The notes: generated by a model from the letters alone, not told the origin. A stretch of DNA of 21,983 nucleotides from Calditrichia bacterium (GCA_037381445.1 JARRQT010000016.1:1-21983); one strand, 5' to 3'. Shown: positions 1 through 8,725, numbered from the stretch's first letter. Numbers and translations: made by a program.

Positions 1-312
1 TATGAAGATCTGAAAAAGAAAAACGTGGCGCAGCTCCGGGAAATTGCGAAGGGTATTCAGCACGAGGCCGTGCAGGGGTATACCCAGTTGAACAAGGAAC
101 ATCTGCTGGATGCCGTCTGCAGCGCGCTGAACATCGATACCCATGTTCATCACGTGGCGGTGGGCATCGAGAAAAGCGCCATCAAGGCGGAAATCAGGAA
201 ACTGAAGAAGCTGCGGGACGAATTCATCGCCGCTAGGAATTACCTGGAATTGAAATCGGTCCGCTGTGAAATCCGCAAACTGAAAAAGAAGCTGCGTAAG
301 GCCGCCATTTGA
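1..312 (+). CDS. Small basic protein with Rho termination factor N-terminal-like (Rho_N) motif; 5'-truncated by window edge
   Basis: Frame 1 is open from base 1 (YEDLKKKNVAQLREIAKGI..GYTQLNKEHLLDAV), which resembles the Rho_N pattern L.kktv.ELr.iAk.....gys.l.K.eLi. The C-terminus is Lys/Arg-rich and helical. The GTG at 25 is probably internal. Confidence 0.65.
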   Translation, partial: YEDLKKKNVAQLREIAKGIQHEAVQGYTQLNKEHLLDAVCSALNIDTHVHHVAVGIEKSAIKAEIRKLKKLRDEFIAARNYLELKSVRCEIRKLKKKLRKAAI

Positions 313-476
313 CAGCCGGCGCAGCGGAGTTCAAAGCCGGAACTTCTTCCGGTCGGCAGGCATAAACCGGATCTGAACGGACCATCGCGGCGTTTCCGCT
401 GCACTGGGTTTATTTTGCAGTGCGTCATTTTTTTATCTGCCCATTGTTATTCAAAACCTGAAGAAGAAAGGTCCTT

Positions 477-941
477 ATGGCTAAACAGAGTGCCGGCCTG
501 CTGGTTTACCGGATCAAAGACAATGAGCCGGAGTTATTTCTGGTGCATCCGGGCGGCCCTTTCTGGGCAAAAAAGGACGAGGGCGCCTGGTCTATTCCCA
601 AAGGAGAATTTGGAGAGGAAGAAGAGGCCCTGCCGGCCGCAAAAAGAGAATTCAGGGAAGAGACCGGCTTTTCGATTGAAGGTGATTTTCAGCGTTTGAC
701 GCCCGTCAGGCAAGCGGGCGGAAAAATCGTTCATGCCTGGGCGGTGGAAGGAGATGCCGACGCTTCTGCCATCCATAGCAACACCTTCAGCATGGAGTGG
801 CCGCCAAAATCCGGTAAACAGCAGCAGTTCCCGGAGGTGGACAGGGCAGGGTGGTTCAAATTTCCCGAAGCCGGGAAAAAAATCCTGAAAGGGCAGGCGC
901 CGCTGCTGGAAGAGCTGGAAAAGATAATCGAATCTTCCTGA
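477..941 (+). CDS. NUDIX hydrolase (predicted NTP pyrophosphohydrolase-type)
   Basis: Complete Nudix box G-x5-E-x7-RE-x2-EE-x-G (GEFGEEEEALPAAKREFREETGF), N-terminal SAGLLVYR and LVHPGGPFW motifs, and AAGG upstream of the ATG. Confidence 0.92.
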   Translation: MAKQSAGLLVYRIKDNEPELFLVHPGGPFWAKKDEGAWSIPKGEFGEEEEALPAAKREFREETGFSIEGDFQRLTPVRQAGGKIVHAWAVEGDADASAIHSNTFSMEWPPKSGKQQQFPEVDRAGWFKFPEAGKKILKGQAPLLEELEKIIESS

Positions 942-990
942 CGCCCGGCAGATTGTCTTCTATTTTTCAATTCGGCAGGATTGCGAATCC

Positions 991-2040
991 CTAAAACATT
1001 TCCATTTCAGCCGGTTCCGTTTTGGTGACCAGGCTGATGTTGTGCTTTTTCAGGCGGTATTTGAATTTTTCGCGGCTGATCCGCAGCAGCCGCGCCGCCT
1101 TGGCCTTGTTCCCCTTGGTCATCTCCAGCGCCTTCATGATGGCGGCTTTTTCCAGGTCCTCCAGCGAAATGCCCTGGGGAGGGATATTGATTTCAATATT
1201 GTCATTCTGCTTTATCTTGAGCGGAAAGTTGTCAACGATATGGCCTTCCCCCAGCTTGAGATCCTGTGCGCCGATGATCTCGCCGGAACTCAATAAAACC
1301 GCCCGTTCGATTGAATTCTTGAGCTCGCGGACATTGCCCGGCCAGGGGTAACTGAGCAGCATGTCCTTGGCATCGGGCGACAGACCGATAATCTTCCGTT
1401 CGTGTTCAGCGGCCAGTTGGTACATAAAATATTCAGCAAGCACCAGAATATCCAGATTTCTCTCCCGCAGGGGAGGCACCCGGATGGTAATGACGTTGAG
1501 ACGATAGTAGAGGTCTTCGCGGAACAGACCCTGCTGCACCAGTTTGAACAGCTCGCGGTTGGTGGCGGCGATAATCCGCATCTTGACATTGATATTCTTC
1601 ACCCCGCCCACCCGGCGAAAAACCTTCTCATCCAGCACTTTAAGAAGTTTGGCCTGCAGACTGAAATTCAGATCACCGATTTCATCCAGGAAAAAAGTGC
1701 CGCCGTCCGCCAGCTCCAGCAGGCCTTTCTTGGATTTTTTGGCGTCGGTGAAGGCGCCGGCCTCGTATCCGAAAAGTTCGGTTTCCAGAAGTGTTTCCGG
1801 CAGGGCGGTGCAGTTTATTTCCACGAAGGGTTTGGCGGATTGCTGGCTGGCATTGTGTATGGCGCGGGCGATCAATTCTTTACCGGTTCCGCTTTCGCCC
1901 AGAATTAAAACCGTGGAGGTGGAGCTGGCAGCAACTTTGTTAATTTCCTCAAATAGCTGCTTCATTTTAAAACTGTGTCCGAGTAAGTTGTTATAATTGA
2001 TAACAGAATCGTCGGATGATGTGTAAAGACTGAATGGCAC
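991..2040 (-). CDS. Sigma54-dependent transcriptional activator (bEBP; AAA+ plus Fis-type HTH) without N-terminal sensory domain
   Basis: Walker A GESGTGKE, GAFTDA loop, Walker B FFLDEIG, FREDLYYRL, WPGNVRELKN and C-terminal HTH GNKAKAARLLRISR. GTG start with AGGT upstream. An in-frame TGA at 2062-2064 rules out an N-terminal extension. Confidence 0.93.
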   Translation of the reverse strand: MPFSLYTSSDDSVINYNNLLGHSFKMKQLFEEINKVAASSTSTVLILGESGTGKELIARAIHNASQQSAKPFVEINCTALPETLLETELFGYEAGAFTDAKKSKKGLLELADGGTFFLDEIGDLNFSLQAKLLKVLDEKVFRRVGGVKNINVKMRIIAATNRELFKLVQQGLFREDLYYRLNVITIRVPPLRERNLDILVLAEYFMYQLAAEHERKIIGLSPDAKDMLLSYPWPGNVRELKNSIERAVLLSSGEIIGAQDLKLGEGHIVDNFPLKIKQNDNIEINIPPQGISLEDLEKAAIMKALEMTKGNKAKAARLLRISREKFKYRLKKHNISLVTKTEPAEMEMF

Positions 2041-2247
2041 TTTTTTACCTGATTTTTTGGTTCAACTCAACGTACTCTTCCGTTTTATATTATCGGTCAT
2101 TTTCGGCCGACCTTGAGAGGGAGTTGAAAATAATTGGTAAAGAATTTCCTGCCATTAAAAGCTTTTCGTCTTTAAAAATTCATCCCATCTGCCAATGACT
2201 TGAGTTCCTGATTTTCGCATTTGTCTAATATATGAGAATCCCTGTTG

Positions 2248-3087
2248 TCACTTTATAAAAACGGTCAGGCAGTCCCTGTTTCCGTCTTCCTGCGGAAGGG
2301 GAGCGAATGATTCCTCACTGCGGAAAAGAGATGCGCCCAGCCGGGAGAGGAGCTCCTCTGATGACGCATGTGAAGAGGATATCCCAATTTGATCCTCCTC
2401 CGAATAGGCGTTATACAGCGCCGCAATCTCTTTTAAATACGAGGAAGCGCCGGGCAGCAGACCCGTTCCGTCGCCGGAGAACAGTTCCGTATTGGCGATC
2501 CTGATCCGGATGCCGCTAGTATCGGCAAAAAAGACCGCGGGCAGGGAGAATGTCTGTCCGGGAAAGGTCCGCTTGTTACCCGCCTTGTCTATCGCGGTAA
2601 AACTGTATGAATAAACATGACCCGGCACCAGCAGCGATCCGTCATTTCCTTTGCCGTCCCACGGAATGGATTCCGGCGGATTTTTTTCGCCGCTGATGGT
2701 CCGGAACAGCGCTCCGTCGCTTCGGAAAATATCCAGTTGCCAGGTATTGAGGTCTTTGAAATGCGCCTGAAAGACGCGGGCTGGCTGGGGATGAATATTG
2801 GCGGCATGGGAGTCGGAAATCCGGAAAGGAAAGGACTGCCAGTTTCCGCTGTTCTGAGAACCGTCCGCCGCCGGCTGAATGGCTGCCCAGGAAATTTTTT
2901 CAGGAATTTGGATCAGGTCTGAAAAATCGGTATTCATAACGATCGGCAGCTTCTCTTCCTGCAGTTCGGCCTTGTAGGTTTCTTTCACCACCACTTCATC
3001 CAGGGCCTTTGAACTGTCGGCGGCCTGCTGGGAAATACCGCTGACAGCAAGCGAAAATAATGCGAATAGTACTAACCATGATTTCAT
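2248..3087 (-). CDS. Exported protein with central FlgD_Ig-like domain and possible degenerate OmpA-C-like tail
   Basis: Start reassigned to ATG 3087 (GAGGA RBS; signal peptide MKSWLVLFALFSLAVSGIS). Contains WQLDIFRSDG..FRTISG...PESIPWDGKGNDGSLLVPGHVYSYSFTAIDKAGN, a FlgD_Ig-like pattern. Confidence 0.7.
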   Translation of the reverse strand: MKSWLVLFALFSLAVSGISQQAADSSKALDEVVVKETYKAELQEEKLPIVMNTDFSDLIQIPEKISWAAIQPAADGSQNSGNWQSFPFRISDSHAANIHPQPARVFQAHFKDLNTWQLDIFRSDGALFRTISGEKNPPESIPWDGKGNDGSLLVPGHVYSYSFTAIDKAGNKRTFPGQTFSLPAVFFADTSGIRIRIANTELFSGDGTGLLPGASSYLKEIAALYNAYSEEDQIGISSSHASSEELLSRLGASLFRSEESFAPLPQEDGNRDCLTVFIK

Positions 3088-3109
3088 TTTGGGTTCCTCG
3101 AATAATCTG

Positions 3110-4153
3110 TCAAATAACAAATTGGAAAGTGATAACGCCGGTCTGGTCATGCCGCAAACCGTTTTGTTGCAGGGCGGCGAACTGCCATTCCTTCAATGCT
3201 TTGACCACTAACTGATCCCAGTCCCGTGACCCGCTGGTCCTCTCGATCAAAACATTTTCCCGCACACTGCCGTCTTCCATCACTGTAAAGCGCAGCGAAA
3301 TGGATGCGCCCACACCTTGTCTTTTTGCCCAGGCAGGGAAGGGGGGTACAATTTTCCGGACAATCTGCCGGTTTGCCAGCGGTCCGGTGATGAAGGTCTG
3401 GGTTTGCTTCTTCTTTAGATCTTTTTGATTGAGCGGGAGTTTTTGCGGAACTGTTTCGATGTTGATGCCGCCTGTCCCCGCAGAAACCGGCCGCTGTTCG
3501 GATTTCCCGCTCAACTGAATTTTGGGACCTTTGGACATCGCAAAAGCCATGGCCTGCTGCGGAGAAGAATTGGAGGCAAGCAGGACATCTTTATTAACAT
3601 CCAGGCTGATGGGCGCGGGTCTGGCAATTTTATCATTGTTTTGAATACCCTTCGCCGAAGAAACATTGATGATGTTACCGGGCTTCGCCACATTCTCTGC
3701 TACCTGTTCAACCTTCTCCAGATGGATGGGCGCCTGTTTCCGGGGCATATCCAGAAATATGCGGTCAGTTCCGGCAAAGCGGGGAGCGGCGGTCTGTGCA
3801 GCCTGCTCCGCGGGCGCTTCCTTCTGTTCGGATTCCGTGAAAATGGTCTGGCTTTCGTTCTGCGCGTGCCTGGGTTGCTTTGGCGGCTCTTTCACCGCGA
3901 TCTCTTCGTTGAGGTCGATGAAATTGATTTCACGGATGGGCGGTGAATCCGGCACGTCCAGATCGGCCAATCCCCAATAGCCAACCAGGAACAGAACATG
4001 CAGCAGAATGGAAATGGTGACGCCGCCGGAAAGCCTGTTTCTCTCCTTTCGGACAAATGACATCCATTTCTGGTAGAGCTTGGAGTTCCGTTTTTCCATG
4101 AATGGGTCCGCCAGGGGATATTTTAACAGGGCATTTATATTTAGATTTTTCAT
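3110..4153 (-). CDS. tonB: TonB-family energy transducer
   Basis: Start reassigned to ATG 4153 (after the ExbD stop, AAAGGGA RBS). Single TM with S-x3-H motif (SILLH, 3998-4012). C-terminal TonB_C domain PPFPAWAKRQGVGASISLRFTVMEDGSV...SGSRDWDQLVVKALKEWQF. Confidence 0.88.
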   Translation of the reverse strand: MKNLNINALLKYPLADPFMEKRNSKLYQKWMSFVRKERNRLSGGVTISILLHVLFLVGYWGLADLDVPDSPPIREINFIDLNEEIAVKEPPKQPRHAQNESQTIFTESEQKEAPAEQAAQTAAPRFAGTDRIFLDMPRKQAPIHLEKVEQVAENVAKPGNIINVSSAKGIQNNDKIARPAPISLDVNKDVLLASNSSPQQAMAFAMSKGPKIQLSGKSEQRPVSAGTGGINIETVPQKLPLNQKDLKKKQTQTFITGPLANRQIVRKIVPPFPAWAKRQGVGASISLRFTVMEDGSVRENVLIERTSGSRDWDQLVVKALKEWQFAALQQNGLRHDQTGVITFQFVI

Positions 4154-4166
4154 AAAAAATATCCCT

Positions 4167-4571
4167 TTAAACTTGATTTCGGTTTCGCTGCATTGTTGCG
4201 ATGGCGATGTGCGTCGCCCCCGCTTTTTTCGCAAGAATAAGCAGATCCAGAATATGTTTGTGGGTCACATTCTTATCCGCCCGGATCACCACCAGCCGGT
4301 CCGGGTGTTCTTCCAGCTTCTGCTTCAGTCCGGCCTCCAGCTCATCCAGGGTGGTGAATTCATTCTCGTTCAGCGCGACTTTTCCGTCCAGAGAATAGGT
4401 TATGGTGATATTGGATTCCGATTTTGCTTCCACCGTTTTGGCTTTCGGCAGATTGATGTCCATATCAACCGGCGTCATCATGAGGGGTGAAGTGACCATA
4501 AACACGATGACCAGTATGAGAGCAACGCCTACCAGCGGCGTGATATCGATTTTGCTAATTGGGCCGTCCAT
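4167..4571 (-). CDS. exbD: ExbD/TolR-family biopolymer transport protein (TM Asp replaced by Gly)
   Basis: IDITPLVGVALILVIVFMV TM, INLPKA, VVIRADKNV..KHILDLL..AKKAGA; adjacent to exbB and tonB. Confidence 0.9.
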   Translation of the reverse strand: MDGPISKIDITPLVGVALILVIVFMVTSPLMMTPVDMDINLPKAKTVEAKSESNITITYSLDGKVALNENEFTTLDELEAGLKQKLEEHPDRLVVIRADKNVTHKHILDLLILAKKAGATHIAIATMQRNRNQV

Positions 4572-5001
4572 GATTACCTCCCGGCGTTTGCTTTTGTTTG
4601 ACGATTGAAAGCTGCTGCGCGCCGCTCTGCTTGGCGATATCGAGGACCGCCACTACTTTGTCGTGCAGCACATTCTCATCCGCGCTGATTAACACCAGCT
4701 TGTCCCTGCTGGCATCCATGATGGATTTCAGCGAATCGGCGAGCAGGGCAGATTCAATCGTTTGTCCATTCAATATGATTTCATTGTCGTTCTTCAGGGT
4801 GATCTCGGCCTTCAGTTCGGTTTCATCCATCACCGACTGCGCTTTTTTCAGCGAGGGCGTCGAGACTTTGATTCCCGATTGCATCACCAGCGGATAGGAT
4901 ACCATGAAGATGATAACCAGGGTGAGGCATACGTCCACCAGCGAGGTTAGGTTGATCTCCGTTACCCCCTGCTTGATTTTTATTTTTTCATTCATTTTCA
5001 T
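4555..5001 (-). CDS. exbD: ExbD/TolR-family biopolymer transport protein
   Basis: EINLTSLVDVCLTLVIIFMV TM with the conserved Asp, LISADENVLHDKVVAVLDIAKQSGA, and GGAG RBS. Its 3' end overlaps the next exbD by 17 nt. Confidence 0.92.
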   Translation of the reverse strand: MKMNEKIKIKQGVTEINLTSLVDVCLTLVIIFMVSYPLVMQSGIKVSTPSLKKAQSVMDETELKAEITLKNDNEIILNGQTIESALLADSLKSIMDASRDKLVLISADENVLHDKVVAVLDIAKQSGAQQLSIVKQKQTPGGNHGRPN

Positions 5002-5031
5002 CCGTGAAACTCTCCAGGTTTAATTTCATTT

Positions 5032-5652
5032 TCAGGCACTGGCGGGAATGCCCAGCATCACCAGTACTTTTTTACTCACGGATTCGATTTCCAGCATCAT
5101 ATTGTTGACCCGGCGCAGGAAGTAGTTGTAGAAAATCACGGCGGGCACGGCGACCACCAGACCGCCGGCGGTGGTGACCAGCGCTTCGGCGATACCGGCG
5201 GAGATCACCGACGGCCCTGCGGAACCCGAAACCGCCAGGGAGTGGAAGGCCTGGATAATTCCCACCACCGTCCCGAAGAGGCCGATGAGCGGGGCAATGT
5301 TGCCGAGCGTTCCCAGAATATTCAGATTTTTTTCCAGCTTGGTGCGCTGGTCCATGGCAATGGCGTCCATCATATCCACCACGGCAGCGGGATTTTTGGC
5401 ATTTTCTTCCAGCCCGCTTTTGATGACGGCGGCCAGAGGGGAGAGGGAATTGTTGCAGACTGAAATGGCGGCCTCGATGCCGTCCTGCCGGAATGCGCTT
5501 TTCAGATTCATGAAGAATCTTTCCGAATCCACGGCGGTGTGCTTCAGATAGAGCCATCTCTCAAAAATGAAAGTCAGCGCGATGACAGAACATCCCAGCA
5601 GAATTATCATGGTAATACTGGATCTCAGGGTTTCAATCACATTCACATCCAT
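5032..5652 (-). CDS. exbB: MotA/TolQ/ExbB proton-channel family protein
   Basis: Three TM segments; LGTLGNIAPLIGLFGTVVGIIQAF and ISAGIAEALVTTAGGLVVAVPAVIFYN signature; AGGAG RBS. Confidence 0.95.
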   Translation of the reverse strand: MDVNVIETLRSSITMIILLGCSVIALTFIFERWLYLKHTAVDSERFFMNLKSAFRQDGIEAAISVCNNSLSPLAAVIKSGLEENAKNPAAVVDMMDAIAMDQRTKLEKNLNILGTLGNIAPLIGLFGTVVGIIQAFHSLAVSGSAGPSVISAGIAEALVTTAGGLVVAVPAVIFYNYFLRRVNNMMLEIESVSKKVLVMLGIPASA

Positions 5653-5692
5653 TGAATCATCTCCTAATTTTATAAATCACCTGTTTAAGTTT

Positions 5693-8600
5693 TTATTTAT
5701 GTGCACCGCCGGAAAGCGAAACGGACAATGCCTGAATCCGCTCCCGGGCTGCGTTAATCCATTGTTCTTCGGTAGCGCTGTTTGCCAGCAGTTCGTAAGT
5801 GTTCAGGGCTTTCTGTGCCTCGCCGCTGTTTTCGTAAATCGCCGCCAGCTGCGCAATGGAGCTCAGCCGGTAATAATCCGAGGGTTCCCCGATATTGGAG
5901 GCCTTGGTAAAAACAGCTTTTGCCTCTTTTGTCTGATTTTCATTCAGGTAAAGCATGCCCAAATGGTAGGCGGCCTCCGAGGCAACCGCGGCATCGGAAG
6001 ATTTGGACAATTCCGAAAACAGGCTGCGGGCGTCCGCAGGCTGGTTCAGGTCCGTGTAAATCCTGGCGACCTGCAGGGTGACTTTTTGTCTGTCCTGCCC
6101 CTGCGGATTTTCTGCGAGATATTTTTTGAAATATTCCAGCGCTTTCTCTTTGTCCTTCAGCTTATCGTAGCACCAGCCTGCATTCTGGATGGAGGAAGCG
6201 TAAAATTCCGAATCGGTATTGTTTTCGATGACATTGTTAAAACAATCAATGGCGGAGAGATAGCTCTCCGTGCTGAAATAGCAGATGCCCAGCAGGAACC
6301 TGGCTTCGGCCAACTGCCCGCTTTCCGGGAAATAGCGGATGAACTGGTTAAATTCCCGAGCGGCATCCTGATATTTGTTCTGCGCCAGAAATGATTTTGC
6401 CAGCGAGAACTGGGCGTCCGGCGCGTAGGAGGAGTTGGGATAGAGCGTCAGAATCTCTTTAAATTCCCTGACGGCATCTTCGAATTTTTCCTCCGTCAGG
6501 TAGTTGGTGGCCATCCGGTAACGTGCATCCACCGCCAGATCGGTGTTGGCGGATTGCTCGATCACCTTTTGCAGGGTCTCAGCTGCCTGCTCGCTCTGCC
6601 CCAGTTGATAATAGCAGTACTGAATTCCTTCCAGGGCGGTCTTGCTTTTTTCATGGGTGGGATAATTGTCAATAAATTTTTGGTAACGCTGAATGGCCGT
6701 TTCATAGCTGCCGGCGTTGTAAGCGGACTGGGCCAGTCCTAACTGACTCTCCACGGCATAATTGCTTCCGGCGTAATCCTGAATGATTTTGGAATACATG
6801 GAATCGGCTTCCGCAAAATAATTGGCCCGGAAGTATATGTCTGCGGCATGATACAGCGCGGCGGGAGCAAGCTTTGAAGCGGGAAACTCATCCGCCAGTT
6901 TCTCCCAGTATTGAATTGCCTGTCCGTAGGATTCCAGCCGGTAATAGCATTCCGCTGTATGGTCCAGCGATTTCTCTACGATCCGCGTATATTCCGGGCG
7001 GGCATGATAATCCAGGTTTAGCGGGAATTCCTTCAGTGCGTTCTGGTAGTCCCCCTGGTGGAAAAGCGCGGTGGCGTAGCCGTACTCGGCCAGCGGCCGG
7101 TTTGCCGGATCCAGGCTTTTCTTCAGCTGCTTGAACAGGATGGCGGCCGTATCCACGCTGTTTGTATAAAATGTGCACCAGGCCAGTCCCACAGACGCTT
7201 TTTCTGTGAGATCATCGGATGTTTGGGATTGCGCCAGCCGGTAGTTTTCGGCGGCCTCGCCGTAGTGTTTCAGGAAATATGCGGATTCGGCAATCAGGAG
7301 GTGGTTGGCGCGCTGCCAGAAATTCAGCGACCCGGCATCATTGCTGTTTTTCAAATAGCTGTAACGGTTGATGACGTCCTGATACTTCCCTTTCTGATAA
7401 TCCTCATTCTGCAATGCGAAAAAAGCGGCATCCTGAATATCGCCGGTCACAGTTGAGTTGAGCACCTCATCGAAATATTTTTTCCCGGCAGCTTCATTCT
7501 CATGAATAGCGACCATGAAATTGATGGCAGGTGCCATATCATTCCTGGGATAGATGGAAAGGAACTGTTTCAGACTGATGAGGGCACTGGCGGTGTCGCC
7601 TTTTTCGAATTCCGTCATGGCCGCCTTCACCTTGGCGAGGGGGGCGATGGGGGAGTTCATATTCAGGGAAGCGATATTCCGGAAAATCCGGATGGCATCC
7701 TGATATTTCTCGGGATTCTGGCGGCCCATCTGCCGGTAGCATTCCGCCTGCATATACTGAAAATAGCTTTTATTTGAGGCATCAGCGGCAATATTGAATT
7801 CCGCCAGCGCATTCTCCGCTTGACCAATATTGAGGTACGCCCATCCCAGCCGGAAATGTACGGCATCCGTATACCGGCTGTTGGGGAAATACTGCATGAA
7901 TCTTTTCAGCTCGGACTGGGCGGCCAGCCAGTCGCTGGCGCGCATAAAAACCTCCGAAGCATGCAGCATGGCTTCCTCGGCGATCGGCGTGCCGGGAAAC
8001 TGATCGTTCAATTTCTTGTAGATGCTTACAGCCAGAATCCGGTTGTCCGCCATCTCATATGCCCTGGCCAGCAGGGACAATCCCGCGGGATCTTTGGAAT
8101 CCTTCAGCAGCCGGATAGCTTCACCGGAGTTATGCCCGGCCAGCGCCAGGCGGGCCCTGATGAACTGCACGCGGCTCTCATTCTCATAAAGGGGATTGGC
8201 GCTTTGCAGCTCTTCCAGCAAGCCGCGGCAGGTTTCCCACTTCTCTTCATTTGCCGCCTGCCAGGAGAGCGCGAGGGTGGCTTCCCTTCTGATATATTCC
8301 CGCCCGCTTCCTTCGTGCAGGAACCGGAAAATCTGTAGCGCTTCCGCGGTTTTGTTTTCCCTGAGGAAAAGAATACCTTCCCGCAGCGCGGCCTCTTCCC
8401 GCAGCGATTTCGGCAGTTCCAGTTTAGTGGATTGGACATCGCGCAGAATGCTGCGGGCATCCTCAAACTTGTTTTCCCTGGTGAGGACGTCTGCCTGCAG
8501 GAAACAAATCCTGGCAAACAGCACGGGATCCCCGGTTTCCTTTTTCGCGGCATTGCATTCGTAGATGATATTATCCACGGACTCGCCCCGGGTGTAGCTG

Positions 8601-8725
8601 CCTGCCGCAGCGGCATAATGGCTCCAGGCGGCGTCTTCGTCCGCGAATGCCAATCCGGCTGCCAGCAGCGCAATTCCCGAGGCGGTTAATAATACATTCC
8701 GGAAATTTTTTATTAATGTTTTCAT
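5693..8725 (-). CDS. Large exported tetratricopeptide-repeat protein (~1010 aa)
   Basis: Start reassigned to ATG 8725 (GGGGA RBS; signal peptide ending ALLAAGLAFA). Many TPR units of the type A...Y..l...yP.S..a.dA.f.lg..y (e.g. FPNSRYTDAVHFRLGWAY, YPNSSYAPDAQFSLAKSF, FPESGQLAEARFLLGICY). Confidence 0.9.
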   Translation of the reverse strand: MKTLIKNFRNVLLTASGIALLAAGLAFADEDAAWSHYAAAAGSYTRGESVDNIIYECNAAKKETGDPVLFARICFLQADVLTRENKFEDARSILRDVQSTKLELPKSLREEAALREGILFLRENKTAEALQIFRFLHEGSGREYIRREATLALSWQAANEEKWETCRGLLEELQSANPLYENESRVQFIRARLALAGHNSGEAIRLLKDSKDPAGLSLLARAYEMADNRILAVSIYKKLNDQFPGTPIAEEAMLHASEVFMRASDWLAAQSELKRFMQYFPNSRYTDAVHFRLGWAYLNIGQAENALAEFNIAADASNKSYFQYMQAECYRQMGRQNPEKYQDAIRIFRNIASLNMNSPIAPLAKVKAAMTEFEKGDTASALISLKQFLSIYPRNDMAPAINFMVAIHENEAAGKKYFDEVLNSTVTGDIQDAAFFALQNEDYQKGKYQDVINRYSYLKNSNDAGSLNFWQRANHLLIAESAYFLKHYGEAAENYRLAQSQTSDDLTEKASVGLAWCTFYTNSVDTAAILFKQLKKSLDPANRPLAEYGYATALFHQGDYQNALKEFPLNLDYHARPEYTRIVEKSLDHTAECYYRLESYGQAIQYWEKLADEFPASKLAPAALYHAADIYFRANYFAEADSMYSKIIQDYAGSNYAVESQLGLAQSAYNAGSYETAIQRYQKFIDNYPTHEKSKTALEGIQYCYYQLGQSEQAAETLQKVIEQSANTDLAVDARYRMATNYLTEEKFEDAVREFKEILTLYPNSSYAPDAQFSLAKSFLAQNKYQDAAREFNQFIRYFPESGQLAEARFLLGICYFSTESYLSAIDCFNNVIENNTDSEFYASSIQNAGWCYDKLKDKEKALEYFKKYLAENPQGQDRQKVTLQVARIYTDLNQPADARSLFSELSKSSDAAVASEAAYHLGMLYLNENQTKEAKAVFTKASNIGEPSDYYRLSSIAQLAAIYENSGEAQKALNTYELLANSATEEQWINAARERIQALSVSLSGGAHK

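Noticed and set aside
2041..2247. Second sigma54 promoter, or remnant of a lost receiver domain, upstream of the bEBP
   Set aside because: The TGGCAG copies lack GC at the -12 position. The spacer is AT-rich, too short for a receiver domain, and shows no REC-like residues.
3110..5652. Tol-Pal operon
   Set aside because: No TolB beta-propeller or Pal lipoprotein. Two ExbD-like genes and the PorV/cargo context do not fit.
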